Source: Lama guanicoe (taxonomy: Eukaryota). Taken from it: a stretch of 64,000 nt of DNA. The stretch lies in assembly GCA_013239625.1 (NCBI GenBank), contig MU054323.1, positions 17,054,029 to 17,118,028 on the forward strand, in the 5' to 3' direction. The position numbers were made by a program, and so were the translations under genes. The notes below the pieces were generated by a model. The model had not been told where the DNA came from, made no database searches, and saw only the letters and a program-made list of their open reading frames with translations. Shown here in pieces: positions 27,746 to 41,991 of the stretch; the first letter of the stretch is position 1, and every line of letters begins with the position of its first letter.

Positions 27746-29789
27746 GGCTCCTGTCTTCAGGCTTAAGTTTAAGGAGGAGGGAGTGGGGTGATGAAGACAG
27801 AAGACTAATTAGGACACAGGTCTGAAGCAAGACTTTTTTAAACAGTCGTTTTGATGTAACCAGGTGAAAATGGTCCTGTATACATATAAAATCACTGTTT
27901 TTAAAAAGCTCCAAGTAATGAATTCAACAGACCCTCTTGACCTTAGCCTATCCCCTATCAGCATTATTACTAAGACACTATTTACAAATTTAATGGTTTT
28001 TTTGGAATTGAGAATAAAGGATCCTATTTTATATATTTATATTTATGTAGTCCCTACCCAATCAGTCTAGTGTATACCAGATCAAGATCAAGAATAACAT
28101 AATAATGAGATCTACAGAAAATAGAAGTATCTATCCCCTAGTGTAAAAGTGTTTCTTGCCATCTTTAAAGAAAACTTTTCTTTCAGTAAATACAGAAATC
28201 CCATCTCCTGCAGAAATTCATTTTCCTACTATTCAATGATATTTTGTCAAGCTTTCTTTTCTTTACAGTATGAAAATTGCTGAATAGCCAATCAAAATCT
28301 CTCAGTCTTGGCTTTTAAACAGTCTCTTGGATGACTCAGTCATGAGGGTAGATAGATGCTCAGTGATACCCGAAGGATGGTAGCTCAGGGTGCAGGATTT
28401 GGGGTCAGTAGAGGAGAGGGGCCTCCGATTCAGGTGATGTCCAGGATCCTTCCTGGTCTTTGCTGTGGAAGGACTAGTTTGGTCTTATCCCCGGATAATG
28501 AACTCTGAGTGCAAATGTTTCTTACTGTCTGGCCATTTGGGGTATTGTGCTGCCACCAGTGATGAAGCGATGGTTTTATTCATTTGCTTTTAGTCGTGAA
28601 GTCTCCACACAGCTCTTTGTCCCATTCCAGGCCTCTATTGAGCAATGTGCTGCTAAATATTTAACAACTGGTTATCTTCAAACTACCTCATGTCCTTGGG
28701 CCTCTAACTGCACAGGGTGCTCCCTATGGTGCCTCTTCTAGGTCTTCCTATTACTCTGCCTATGCCCCCACAGACCCTCTTGAATCTCTGGCTGCCACAA
28801 AAGAGAAGGACTTCTCAAAGATCTCACAGTGTTTTTCCTCTGGTCTGTAGGTAAGTGGAGATGAGAGATTTGAGTGGCCAGAAGTGGACAGGGACTCTAG
28901 AGAGTTACACTGAGTAGATTCATGGTGGTGTCCCACACCCACCTCTTGAGCCCCCTTCTCATGCAAGACTGTCACTGGCCAACTCAGAGAGAAGCTGGGA
29001 GAACAGGAAACTCTGCTTTCCCCTCTTGGTCTCAGTCTCCATTAGCCATACCCCTACTTGATCAAATCCAGTCACTTTTTCAGCAAATATTTATTAACTG
29101 TCCTTTATGTACAGGGTGCACACTGGGTATTTCAGGGAATTCAGTAGTGAACAAACCACAATCTTCATTTGTTCTCTGAGATTATAATCTAGAACAGGAG
29201 ATGAGATATGTACACAGGTTATGATTTTTTAATGTTGCTATCTTATAAGTGTCAGAAGAGTTTTTTAAGACAATAAATCAAACCTGTTGTGTGGTATTAC
29301 CCCTCAAATGCTATGCAAGCATCTCTCATAGTTCAAGAGCAGTTTGCATTTGAATTGGCAATCTGCAATTTCAAGGGATATATGTCAATCATCATTAAAA
29401 GATATATAGACTAAACATGGAAAAATGAAAGTGGTTCATTTGTTAGGGTGGTGGAATTATGAGTGACTTTTACCCAATAGTTTTTATTTATATTTCTATT
29501 ATATAATGAGGTTTATGAATCTTTTTATGCTTAAAGGAAAAAGGTTAAAAATTGTTGTTAACAGCCTAGCTCCAAAGACTGATTCCCAGGTTAGCCCAGT
29601 TCATCTCTGAATTAATCTCCTGAGAATCTGAGAACTCTGTAGGATTCCATAGAACACTTCCAGTTTTACATGGTCATAGCAACGTATTTTTTAACCATTT
29701 GAGACTGTTTCATGATATATATGTATCATATATAAAATGAAATACAGTTTTAAAATGGTAAGTGTTAAACCTTTGAAAAGTGATATGCT

Positions 29790-31479
29790 CAGGTTACAAA
29801 ATTATACAAAAATCAGTTGCATATCTGTACACTAATGACAAAATATCTGAAAAAGAAATAAAACAATCTCATTTCCAATAGCATCAAAAACAAGAAAATA
29901 CTTAGGAATACATTTAACAAAAGAGGTGAAAGATCTGTACACTGAAAACTATAGGGTTTGATGAAAGAAAGTGAAAAGACACAATTAAGTGGAAAGATAT
30001 CCTGTGTTCATGGATCAGAAAAATTAATGTTGTTAAAATGTCCATACTACCCAAAGCCATCTATAGATTCAATGCAATCTCCATCAAAATTCCAGTGATA
30101 TTTTTCACAGAAATAGAATAAGCAGTCTTAAAATTTACATAGAACCACAGCTTTGGCTTTTCAGCCAAAGTAATTTTGGAAAGAAGAACAAAGCTGGGGA
30201 CATCACACTTCCTGATTTCAAACTATATTACAAAGCTATAGAAATCAAAGCAGTATAGTACCATTATAAAAATAGACGCATAAACTAATGGAACAAAATC
30301 AAGAATCCAGAAAAAAATGTATATATAGTCAGCTAATATTTGACAAAGGAGCCAAGAAAACTCAATGGGGAAAGGATAGTCTTTTCAATAAACTATGTTG
30401 GGAAATCTGAATAATCACATTTGAAATAATGAAACTGGATCCCTATCTTACATCACTCACAAAAATTAATTCAAATTGGGTTAAAGACTTAAAGACCTGA
30501 AACCATAAAACTCCTAGAAGTAAACATAAGAATGAATCTCCTTAACATTGGTCTTGGCAATGATTTTTGGATACACCACCAAAAGCACAAGCAACAGAAG
30601 CAAAAATAAATGACTGGGACTACATCAAACTAAAAAGGTTCTGCAAAAGGTTCTGCACAGCAAAATAAACAATCAACAAAATGAAAAGTCAACTGACAGA
30701 ATGGGAGAAAATATTGGCAAACCACCTATCTAATAAGGGTTAATATCTAAAATGCATAAGGAACTAATACAGCTCAATAGTCAAAAAAAGAAAAAAAATT
30801 TAAATGTGGAGGACATCTGAATAGACATTTTCCCAAAATTTTTCCAAAAAAGACATACACATGACCAATAGATACATGAAAAGATGCTCAATGACACTAA
30901 TCATCAGAGAAATGCAAATCTAAACCACAGTGAGCTATCACATCTCTTAGAATGGTTATTATCAAAAAGACGAGATAGCAAGTGGGGACAAGGATGTGGG
31001 GAAAAGAGAATCCTTATGCACTGTTGGTAGGAATGTAAATAGGTACAGCCACTGTAGAAACCAGTATGGAGTTTCCTCAAAAAACTAAAAACAGAACTAC
31101 TATAACAAAGACCTACTGTATAGGACAGGGAACTATATTCAATTTCTTATAATAAGCTATAATGGAAAAGAATCAGAAAAAATATATATGTGTGTATACG
31201 TATAAGTGAATCACTTTGCTGTGCACCTGAAACTAACATTGTAAATCAACTACACTTCAATAAAAATAAATTTTTTTAAAAATTAAAAATTAATTAAGTA
31301 ATTAATTAATTATAAAAAAAGAACTATATATTCCAGCAGTCCCACTTCTGGATCTATATTCAAAGGAAATGAAATCGCTATCTTAAAAAGATGTCTGCAT
31401 TCCCATGTTCACTGTAGTATTATTTGCAACAGCTAAAACATGAGGACAATCTGTGTCCATTGACAGATGAATGGATAAA

Positions 31480-31524
<45 letters not shown>

Positions 31525-32030
31525 GGAATATTATACAGCCATAAAAAAGAAGGAAATCCTATCATGTGAGACAACATGCATGGATCTTGAGGGCATTATG
31601 CTAAATGAAACAAATCAGAGAATGACAAATACTGTATCATCTCACTTACACATGGAATCTAAAAAAGTCTAATTCATACAGATAGTGGAATGGTGTTTGC
31701 CAGGGACCAGGGGGTGGGGGAAATGGTGAGATGTTAATCAAAGGGTACAAACTTCCAGGTATAAAATGAATAAATTCTGGAAACTTAATGTACAGCATGG
31801 TGACTATAGTTACCAATGCTGTATTATAGACTTGAAAGTTGTTAAGAGAATAGATCTTGAATGTTCTCACCACACATACACACAAAGGCACTTTGTGAGG
31901 TAATGGAGGCGTTAACTAGCCACATTGTGATAATCATCTAGTAATGTGTACACCTTTGCATCTCATTGCATACCTTAAACTTACACAATGTTATAAGTCA
32001 GTTATATCTCAGTAAAGCTAGAATTTCTTT
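29790..32030 (+). mobile_element. 5'-truncated L1 (ORF2 3' part plus 3' UTR) with a nested younger L1 3' piece (~31103-31320)
   Basis: L1 ORF2 text (aaaatacttaggaata...tggaaagatatcctgtgttcatggat...aatgcaatctccatcaaaat) runs into a 3' UTR. The nested piece is flanked by agaactactata / agaactatata. Confidence 0.9.
31483..31523. repeat. (TG)n microsatellite inside L1
   Basis: About 20 perfect TG units. Confidence 0.95.
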
Positions 32031-32196
32031 AAAACTGATGTGCTTGTAGGTCTCTCAAGGCCCAAATTACATCCTTCGGTATTGGTGGTAACACTCCCTC
32101 ATGGGCACACTAATTGCCAGTTAACTGAATATAAAGCATCGTTAGGGAAACAGGTGTCAGCAGCGGCACATCTGCTGATTTGCCTATAATCATTAC

Positions 32197-32610
32197 CTGA
32201 TTACTTGCATTTAACAATCACCAGTCTAAGCCAGAAGTCCTCAAATGGGAACTGGTCTACTAATACCAGGAAGCATGCCTCTGAGTCTTTGGCAGCCATC
32301 AAGCCACTCCTATGAACAACTTCCCTTACAACCTTCAAAATGGACACAGGGCCAGAGGCAGCCCCTTCTTCAGCTGCAGTCTTAAGGGCCATCTGGAAAG
32401 ACACTTCAACCACTTGTTCCCACTGGCATCCTCCTCCACTGTTCCCAGCCCCAACTCCAGGCTCTCAGGAAAGTGCTTAGAGGATATAGATCTTGGTTTC
32501 AGAGGATGATAAGACCAGGAGTGTATCTGAATCTAGGTTGCAAGTTGTTATAGAGGCATATTATTATTCTTGGTAGCGTCAGAGTATCCCATAGTCAGCG
32601 TAGTAGTGGC
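32197..32610 (-). pseudogene. Candidate relic exon (414 nt)
   Basis: Acceptor ttttttcctgtcag| and donor CAG|gtaatg. Phase-1 frame includes CQWEQVVEVSFQMALKTAAEEGAASGPVSILKVVREVVHRSGLMAAKDSEACFLVLVDQFPFEDFWLRLVIVKCK, with several stops elsewhere. Confidence 0.45.
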
Positions 32611-32874
32611 CTGACAGGAAAAAATTCAGCGATAAAAAATAACATCTTAAGTATTGAGAATGTTTCATATGCCAAGCACTTTGTGAAACACTTTGCATAT
32701 ATTAATTCACATAATCCTTACAGCAACCCTGGCAAGTAGATTCTCTTACTATCCCATTTTATTGTTGAGGAAAGTGAGGCTAGGAGGTTAAATAACTTGC
32801 CTAAACTTACACAACTAGTAAATGATTGCTAGAATTGGGTTTTCTTTCATTGAAAGCAATAGAAACCCACTTGA

Positions 32875-33002
32875 AGGTGGGAGGATATAGCTCAAGTGGT
32901 GGGGTGCTTGCTTAGCATCCACCGGGTCCTGGGTTCAATTCCCAGTACCTCCTCTAAACAAATAAATAAATAAATAAACCTAATTACCTCCCCCCCAAAA
33001 AA
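32875..33002 (+). mobile_element. tRNA-derived SINE (Vic-1-like)
   Basis: Same head and tail as the other copies. Perfect TSD agaaacccacttga at 32861-32874 and 33003-33016. Confidence 0.9.
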
Positions 33003-35371
33003 AGAAACCCACTTGATCAAAATTAAACTCCCCCTCCTACACAAAAAGGAAATTTAAGAACAGAGGGGTGTTACAAGTAACCCAAGAGTCAGGAAGTAAC
33101 ATCAGGCATCGAGATGGACTTGAATCTGGAAATGGAAGTCTGTTAGAGGTGCCCAGAATTCATATGAGGGTACTTGTATGGTTAGTTCATCTCTATTTCT
33201 TCCTTTTTATCTTCCTTCCTCAAAGTTTCTTGCCTCATTCTCTGCGTATCTTCTTCCTCTGTTTCATTCTTTTCTGTACTGTGCTTCTCCATATGTGCAT
33301 GGCCAAATGTAGTTGTCTCCTAGCTTTCAAGTTTACTTATTCTAAATCCAAGTGATCACAATTCTAAATATTAGGAGAAAGAAATCAATCTTGTTGCCTC
33401 CTCCTCTGATCCAATCAAATATGTCAAGTCAGGCAGTCACATAATATGTGAGTGTAGGGCACACTCCTGGAGGCAGTTCTAAGAGAAGGAGGCTTGCAGT
33501 CTCGGCAGACTTCCCAAAAGGTATATTCTCCAGTGCTTGAGATTGGATTAGAACCCTGGTCTTTCTGACTCTAGAGCCAGAGTTCTTAACTACCATGTTA
33601 ATCTGAGAGAAAAAAACTGAATACCTACTGGATTTCCAGGTTGTTAAAAGTCACAGCAAACGATGTATTTGTGATGTTTTAGTAATTGGGATGGAGATTA
33701 AGTATAACATTCTATACACTTTTGTGTATTTAAAATTTCTCATAATTTAAAAAGCTAAGGCATCAAAAGATGCTGAGATTTTAGAAAAAAATTCAAAAGG
33801 TGACAAAAACTTTAATTTTTAGCAATATGGTAGCCCAGCAATATGGAGAGTCCAGAGTAACTCTCCCAGTAAAGAACACCTAAAAATTCTGGATAAGCTA
33901 TTAAAACACACACACACACATAGCAGCTTTTCAAATGCGCGATTGAGCTGGCTGAAATATAAAGGAAATGGCGGGGTTGGGTGGCGGAGAGCAGAAACAA
34001 CCAGAGAAGCAAGTGATGAGTATTTGCCCTGGTGTATCTGCTGATCCCTGGTGACCTAATACTTGAACTTTAATAAGTCTCTTGAGTATGAGGGCAGCAG
34101 GAGAAAAGCATGAGGTTTTCACAAGACGAGAGTTCAGAACAGTGGCCCACAGATAAAGCTAGAATGCTGTAAATATGACTCACTAAATGGATGATCTAAG
34201 AAAAAAACTCACACAGTGTGAAGGGGAGATCTTTTTCAGTCTTAGTGCTGAGATACTCGTGTACTCACATAAATTGTGGGTATTGACATTGCCTATATGA
34301 CCTGAAACCCCCAATCTGAAAACTTAGCTTAAGTGGTCCTAAATTGTCAATGCTCCCCAGCACTTAGCAGGTATGAAAAAATGTATCTTTGATAGGACAC
34401 ACTTTAAACCCAGGCTTCAAAGAATTCCCACAAAGTTCCAAGCAACATGACCTCACAACCAAAAATCATAAAACACTTGGGGAAACAAACCACCATAGTA
34501 AGAGTCATCAAAACAACAAACAGCAAAATCTGTCTACCACAAATATAAATGGAAAGACATATCTTTTTCATACATAGGACATCATAAAGTTGTCTATTCT
34601 CCCAAGGTAATTTACAGATTCAGTGTAATTCTGAACCATAACCCCATCAGGTTTTCTTTTTAACTTTACAATATTCTTCTAGCATTTAGATGAAAGAGCA
34701 AAGTGCCAAGTATAGCCTAGACACTTGAAGAACAGGTGTAGCGATTCGTCCTAGTGAATATTAAGACTAATTATAAAACTGTAATATTAAAGACTTCATG
34801 GTATTAACCCAGAGACAAATAGGCCAACAGAACAGACTAGATAAGTGAGAAAGAGACTTGCATGTGGAGATCTGATATATAATAGAGCTGGCGTTGAAAC
34901 AAGTTACAGTAGCATGTATATACTATGATTGCATTGATACAAAAGTTGAAAACAGGCAAAATCAAGCAATATATTATTTAGGTATTACCTGGTAAAACTA
35001 TTTTAAAAAGCAAGAAACAAAATTCAAACTTTGATAACCTTAGGGCTTGGGAAGGATGGGATGGGAGAGTTTCAGAGGGCAACATCAAAAATATTCTATG
35101 TCTTAACCTGAGTAGAGAGTATAGAGGTGTTCTTTTACAATTCTTTGCATTGTAAAAATATGCTATATATACTCTTTTGTTTGAATATCTTTACATTTTT
35201 AATTTAAAAGGTAATCTGAGTTCATTTTTTAAATTATTATATTAAAAAGTTGAAAATGCATAAAAATAAAGCTAAAGTTATCTAATATTGTGTAAAGTTC
35301 ATATAAATCAATGAGATAAATACTAAGATAGTGTTAGAAAATGGAACAGAAGTCCAGAAAAGACAAATTCC

Positions 35372-35536
35372 AAACAACAAGGTCTTACTGTTTAGCACAG
35401 GGAACTAAATTCAGTATCTTAATAGCCTATAATAATAATGAATATAAAAAAGAATATATATATAAGAAACTGAGTCAATGCTGTACACCAGAAACTAAGA
35501 CAACATTGTAAATCAACTATACTTCAATTAAAAAAT
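35372..35536 (+). mobile_element. L1 3' end fragment
   Basis: aacaacaaggtcttactgtttagcacagggaact...aaatcaactatacttcaatt, with TSD agacaaattc. Confidence 0.8.
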
Positions 35537-37169
35537 AGACAAATTCAAACAAGAGGAAATATAAATAGTTAAATAAATAAGGTAAGCAAAACAAAACAAA
35601 ACCAACTTCCATCAACCTAGTAGTAAAACAAGCCCCTAACATTTAATATTTGAATACTATTATCTCTCAAATTTAAAAAAAAGGTTAAAAATACCATATT
35701 AGTTTTGACACTATACTACTGATAGGCCAATAATTGATGCAAGTTTGTGAAAAGCAATTTACCAATACCTGTTAAGAATCCTGAAGTGTTTATACTCTTT
35801 GGTTAAATAATACCATTTCCAGGAATCTGTTCTATAGAAATAACTCTTATATATCCACAAATATTTCTGTTACAAAAAGAATGATATTTACTGAACACTT
35901 ACGCCATGTGCCAAATATGGTGCTAAACCATACAAAATAGGTAGTGTTACAATCCCCATTTCACAAATAATTGAGTTGGGCTAAGTCACTGCTTAGATTA
36001 CTCAGCCTGGAGGTACAAGGGTCAGGATTCAAGGGCAGTGTGATTTTGGCAACAACCTAAATGTCCAATAAAAATAGCAAAATAAAGTATGGCATATTTA
36101 TAGCAATTGGAGATGGGAAATTACTCATTTTTCATTTCATAAATTTTAATACATAGGAAAAATGCATCTTAGAACTGAAGAAATGTATCATGGTTCAGTA
36201 CAATGTATCACTGTTAAAATTAAACTGCAAATGAAAGTCCTGCTCATGGTGAATCAATAATATATAAATAAGCAAAGGATATCACATTCTTATTTCTATT
36301 CTAATGTAATGCTAATAATATATTCACATTTTCCAAACATCAAAGTATAAAAACATACACAGTAGAAAATCTCACTCCCACTCTGTCCCAGATCCACTTG
36401 GTTCCTATTCCTAACCCCAACACAGATCATCAATATTAGAATTTTTTTGTTTAGCCTTCCAGAGGATTGTTTCTGGTGAAAGAAAATATATATTCTTTGT
36501 CCTCTTACATTTTTTACACAAATAATAAAATACTGTACATATTTTCCCAGCAACTCGATTTTTTTTCATTTAGTATGTCTTGAAGATCTTTCTAAATCAA
36601 TACAAAAAGCACTTACTCTTTCTTTTTAATAGCTGTATAATATTCCAAAGTGTAGTTATCCATATATTATTTTAAAAGGCCTGTACTAATTGACATTTAC
36701 GTTGCTTCCAATTTTTTGCTATTACCAAAAAATGTTGCATTGAATAATATTTCTTAAATACTCTCTCTAGAAATCATTATTCAAAGTAGAATGCTGGATC
36801 CAAATGCATATCCATTTGTAATTTTGATAGATTCTGCCAGTCCCTAATGGGATCATCATTATGCTTTTAGGTCTTTCTACCCAAGAACATGGTCTGCCTT
36901 TCCATTTGTCCCTGGCCTCTTTTGTGAAGGACAACATATTTGGGACCTATTACCTTTCAAAAAGCAGTATATATACACAAAACTGTATATATTAATGATT
37001 TCAGTTACACAGGAAAGATTAATTATGTTAACATTAATCTATCAGTGCAAGTGGGACTATGGTTTATATAGGTTACCTTTGTACTCTTTATCCTTTTCTA
37101 CATTTTTCAATTCCTTGCTTTATTTTGTTTTGTTATAATAAGCATGATTACTTTTTTAATAGAAGTTTT

Positions 37170-37293
37170 TTAAATTTTACTTTTATTAATGTATAGTTGA
37201 TTTACAATGTTAGTTACAGGTGTACAGCAAAGCAATTCAGTTATATGTATACCATACATATATATTCATATATTTTCAGATTCTTTTCCGTTA
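37170..37293 (-). mobile_element. L1 3' end fragment
   Basis: Short reverse L1 tail with TSD ttttaatagaagtttt on both sides. Confidence 0.75.
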
Positions 37294-38817
37294 TTTTAAT
37301 AGAAGTTTTAATAATGGTCATCTGGCCCAGCCTTTGGCCTTCAGTCTACCAAGATGAGACAGCTAAAGCAAAGAGTTTAAATAACAAGTCCAGGGTCACA
37401 TTAAATTGTTCATCTTAGCTGGATGACAGCTCAAGTCTTTTGCCTCCCAGCATGGGATTTTTTTTTTTTTCACTCTCTACAACTGGCTACATCATTTGGC
37501 AACAATGAAGGTTTCAGTTACTTGCTAAAGTTTTGGAAAGTGCATTTCATAAATTTAATTCTGTTATTATGCAGTGTTTTCAAGCTTAATTTAGTCCTGA
37601 GGTTTGATACAATCTTGGGCTATGTTTTAAACATGAGGTCACTGTATCCCAAGAATAAATGTCTCCAGAGAAGCCCCATACTTTGTTACAACTTTCCTGA
37701 AGACTAAGCGGAATGCAGTTTAATCTGGCCAACTGCCACTCTTCCATTCTACATCTTCACCACCAAAACATCTATTTGGTTCTTCAAAAGTAGTATCTAA
37801 CCGGTACTACAAAAAGTCGGCAAAATCTGGCTCAACTGTGTGACCAGTAAGTACGTCAAAAATTCTGCACTTCCAGGAAAGTCATTGTTTGACAGAAAAG
37901 TTAAGGCATGGTAGAGGGTAGGAAGCAGGTGGAATTGGGAATACATAGTTTTCCAGAAGCCTAGAAAGAAGACACAGGTTTGTAGTTTTTTGTTTTATTT
38001 CAGTTAAAAATCTCAGAATAGTTAATAACTTTTCAAAGTAATAAGATTTAGCATCTTCAGGATAAAAGCATGCTCAATCCATGAAAGATTGGCCCAGAGG
38101 ATTAGGTATTGAGGTGAAATTATACAGTGTCTAGATAAAGCAGATTCCCCCTTTGTCCTTACTATGCCTACTATCAAGTGACAAGTTCATGAAAGACAAA
38201 TGAAGAAGAAGCTATACCCTTGCTCTGAGTTTGACCTTTCTCAAAGCAGAATGTGGTTTTGCTAAAATAAGAAAATAATCTATCAAAGTCGTACTGTACT
38301 TGCTTGTTATCTTAAAAAAATTTGCAAAAGTTTTGCCCTAAATCTATCAGCAGTGCTGACAATTTCATAGAATTTATTTAAGCTGGTGCCACCAACTACT
38401 GATGCATAATCTCATTTTAGGGAACTATGGTCTTGGGAAACCACAGTTTAAAGTTGTATAATTTGATTTTCTATGGGACAGTTTGAAGAATTTCTGAAGG
38501 GAGAAATTCTAATATAGAGACTCATTGAAGGAAAATTTTACTGAAAATTTCCTTTAGGGGAAATTTCCTATGTGGCATAAATGACTTTCCCCTCTTTGGT
38601 CAATTCTTATAATAATTCTTTCTCATAGACCAAAACCTTTTGAACTTCATATCTGGGGACAAAGGAAAGAAAGAAGCAATGGAAGGAAGAAAAGTCTTAA
38701 AATTCTGGGGGAAGTGAAAAAGGGCTACTCTTACTTATGCTAGGGGCTCATCCTAAGCAAAATTACAAGCAGTTTCTGCTCCTGCTGTTAAACTTCGCAG
38801 TATCCTCTCCAACTTAC

Positions 38818-38952
38818 CTGTTTTGTATTTGCTCAAACTCTTCTTGCCAACCAAATTTGAAACATAGAAACTTAAAAACAAATCTTCATTAAGATGGTTT
38901 TCCTTTCCAAGGGATATTCACATTTCAAAAAAATTTCTTAAGACCAAAAAAT
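38818..38952 (-). pseudogene. Candidate relic exon (135 nt)
   Basis: Acceptor ttcttttcggtcttcag|, strong donor CAG|gtaagt, length a multiple of 3. Phase-2 reading ends FKFGWQEEFEQIQN(R). Every frame contains stops. Confidence 0.45.
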
Positions 38953-40414
38953 CTGAAGACCGAAAAGAACATGTCTCTAATATTGGTGGCTCAGAGAATA
39001 TAAGAGGCTGGTGCAGAAACATAAGAGAGACACATACCAGCATCCTTGACCACACACACAGGTTGGTTACATACACCAACTACTTAAGGTTAGTCCCAGA
39101 TCCCCAATATGCCCTAGGAAGAGAATCTTCATTATTTCTACCTTCAAATAAAGGAAGAAGGAATGTGTTCAAATAGATGGCATATAAGGTTTTATTTTTT
39201 GGTTTTTGAAGCAAAAGATACCTTCAAGCATGGCTCCAAATCATATTTCATTAGAGTTTCATTTAATACATTCAAAATATATTTAACTATAAAAGGAGAC
39301 TCACAAATTATCCATAGAAAAATAATAAATGAATACATCTACCACACCTAATTGTATCTCAATACAAAAAATAATTAATCCTCCTAATTATAAATTTTCT
39401 TTTGAGGCTACTTATCAGATCGCTGAGTTTTCCTGGATCAGAAACAATGAAAACTCCTGCCCACTACTGCAAACTATCAAAGTTTTATTCTCCTGTCTTT
39501 AAAAAATGAGATGCATCTTGGAGGGATGCATAAACTCTATGGGATAAAATGTATAAATGAAGAACATTAAGACAAATGGTAAACAAAGGTTAGAAAATAA
39601 GCCATTAAGTGGTTAACACATAAAAGCCATGCCACAAGGATCTTTCCTCTTAACATAGGTGGACTGTATGCTTGGTCTTCAGCTTTTGGAGCCAAATAAG
39701 AGGAAAACTAGATCAGTTAGAAAAATCAAAAGCCAAGTTGAAGTTCTTGAGTCACTGAGCCCAAGAAAACAGGACACAGGTGTTGTCAGGTGCAACATCA
39801 TATATTTATTTGAGCTCTTTCATGAATCTGTTACCAAGGACCAAGATGCAGAATTGTAGTAGGGAGAAGTCAAGACTTACTCAGGAGAGGGCAAGCTCTT
39901 TACTAAATCTGGTGGCTAGAGGGGAGTCACAGACCATAGTCATCAAGGGCTGGCCTCCCTGACTCACCCCCCATCTAGCAGGGAAAACTAAATGTTTTAA
40001 AGGCAAGAGCAACCACCAGGAAGTCCATATAAAAAAAAAAAAAGAAACATTCAGGATACAGAACAAGAAGATAGTGGAAAATATGAAAAATGAATGAACT
40101 TGAAGGATTCACAGCAAATTCATGGTTGATAATTGCAGGAGATGAGGAGAGATGATGTGATGATGAGTGGGGATCAAAGGTACTTGAATGGGTAGGGAAT
40201 ATTTATTATATATATATTTATTACATACAGAGAAATATGCATTAAGTCGAAAAACAAATATGCCAAAATGCTAACCACACTTAATTCTGGGAGGTGAGAA
40301 AACTTAGTACTTCATATTTATACTTTATATTTAAACTTTTACTTTATATTTATTTCTGTATTTTTTAATTTAAAAATATTTAATTGTTCTATATCAATAA
40401 TATTGATTGATACG

Positions 40415-41245
40415 ATCATTTTTTCTTTTCCATTATAGTTTATTACAGGATATTGAATATAGTTCCCTGTGCTATACAGTAGGTCCTTGTTGTTTATCTA
40501 TTTTGTCTATAGTAGTTTGTATCTGCTAATCCCAAACTCCTCCACCACCTTTTCCCCTTTGGTAACCATAAATTGTTTTCTATGTCTGTGAGTCTGTTTC
40601 TGTTTTGTAAATAAGTTCACCTGTGTCATTTTTTGGATTCTACATATAAGTGGTATCTTATGGTATTTTTCTTTCTGTCTCTGGCTTACTTCACTTAGAA
40701 TGACCATCTAAAGATAAGTAGATTAGTTGCTCTGAGTAGTATTCCATTGTATAAATATACCACAACTTCTTTATCCAGTCATCTGTTGATGGACATTTAG
40801 GTTGCTTCCATGTCTTGGCTATTGTATATAGTGCTGCTATGAACACTAGGGTGAATGTATCTTTTTGAGTTAGAGTTTTCTCCGGATATATGCCCAGGGG
40901 TGGGATTGCTGGATCATATGGTAACTCTACTTCTCTACTTTTAGTTTTTTAAGGAATCTCTATACTGTTTTCCATAGTGTCTGCATCAATTTACATTTCC
41001 ACCAACAGTGCAGGAGGGTTCCCTTTTCTCCACACCCTCTCCAGCATTTGTTATTTGTAGACTTTTTGATGATGGCCATTTTGACTGGTGCGAAGTAATA
41101 CTGTAGTTTTGATTGCATTTCTCTAACAATTAGTGATGTTGAGCATCTTTTCATACGCCTATTAGCCATCTGTATGTCTTCTTTGAAGAAATGACTGTTT
41201 AGGTCTTCTGCCCATTTTTTGATTGGGGGTTGTTTGTTTTATATT
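40415..41245 (-). mobile_element. L1 3' region (ORF2 end plus 3' UTR)
   Basis: Translates [14 protein letters not shown]...[17 protein letters not shown] (L1 ORF2 C-terminus), followed by a 3' UTR. Confidence 0.9.
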
Positions 41246-41991
41246 TATCTGTATTTTTAACTCACTTAAAAATTTTTTTAAATAGAAGAAATTGCAGTAC
41301 AAGGGATACATTGGTAAAGGATTCTTGGAGAAGATTAGTTTTGAGGCAAACTGTAAAAAAGTGGACTCTGGATGGCCTCAGAGGAGAGTTGCCAGGGTCA
41401 AAGACTAAGAAGCTTTCTGTTTGGAAATAGTTCCTGTTTTTCAGAAGCTAGTTAGGGGTATAAGAATTACCTATGTGAAGCACCCAGATACCAATACACA
41501 ATCATGCAGACTTAAAAATTATATCACTTATTACTAATAAAAGAGAAAGCAAAAAGAAATTACTTTAGAATGAATAATTCAGAGTTTTTCGTATGACCTC
41601 AAATACACCTTCTTCTTTCTTTAATCTTCCTCACTCATCATGACCCATATCTATGTTATTACCATGTCACTGATTTCCTTGAAATAGTCTAAAAATAAGA
41701 AGCAAAGAGAAAGAATAAAGAGAAAGAGATAAAAAAGAGAGGGGGGGATAGAAGAGGAAGAGAGGGAAGCTGAAGAAAGAAAGAAAAGGGAGATAATATA
41801 TGTCCAGGTAACTCACTAATGGGCAGGATTATTAGGCATCCTAGAAAAGAAAGAAAAAACCAAGTAAGTCCACAATAGATGTTCCACAATATCGTCTTTG
41901 AAAATAAGAAGTTTTATATTTTGAGGGACAAAAGCAAAGGTTGCTCTAGAAGGATACATGGCAAGTCTCTCACACTGTGATTAAGATATAC

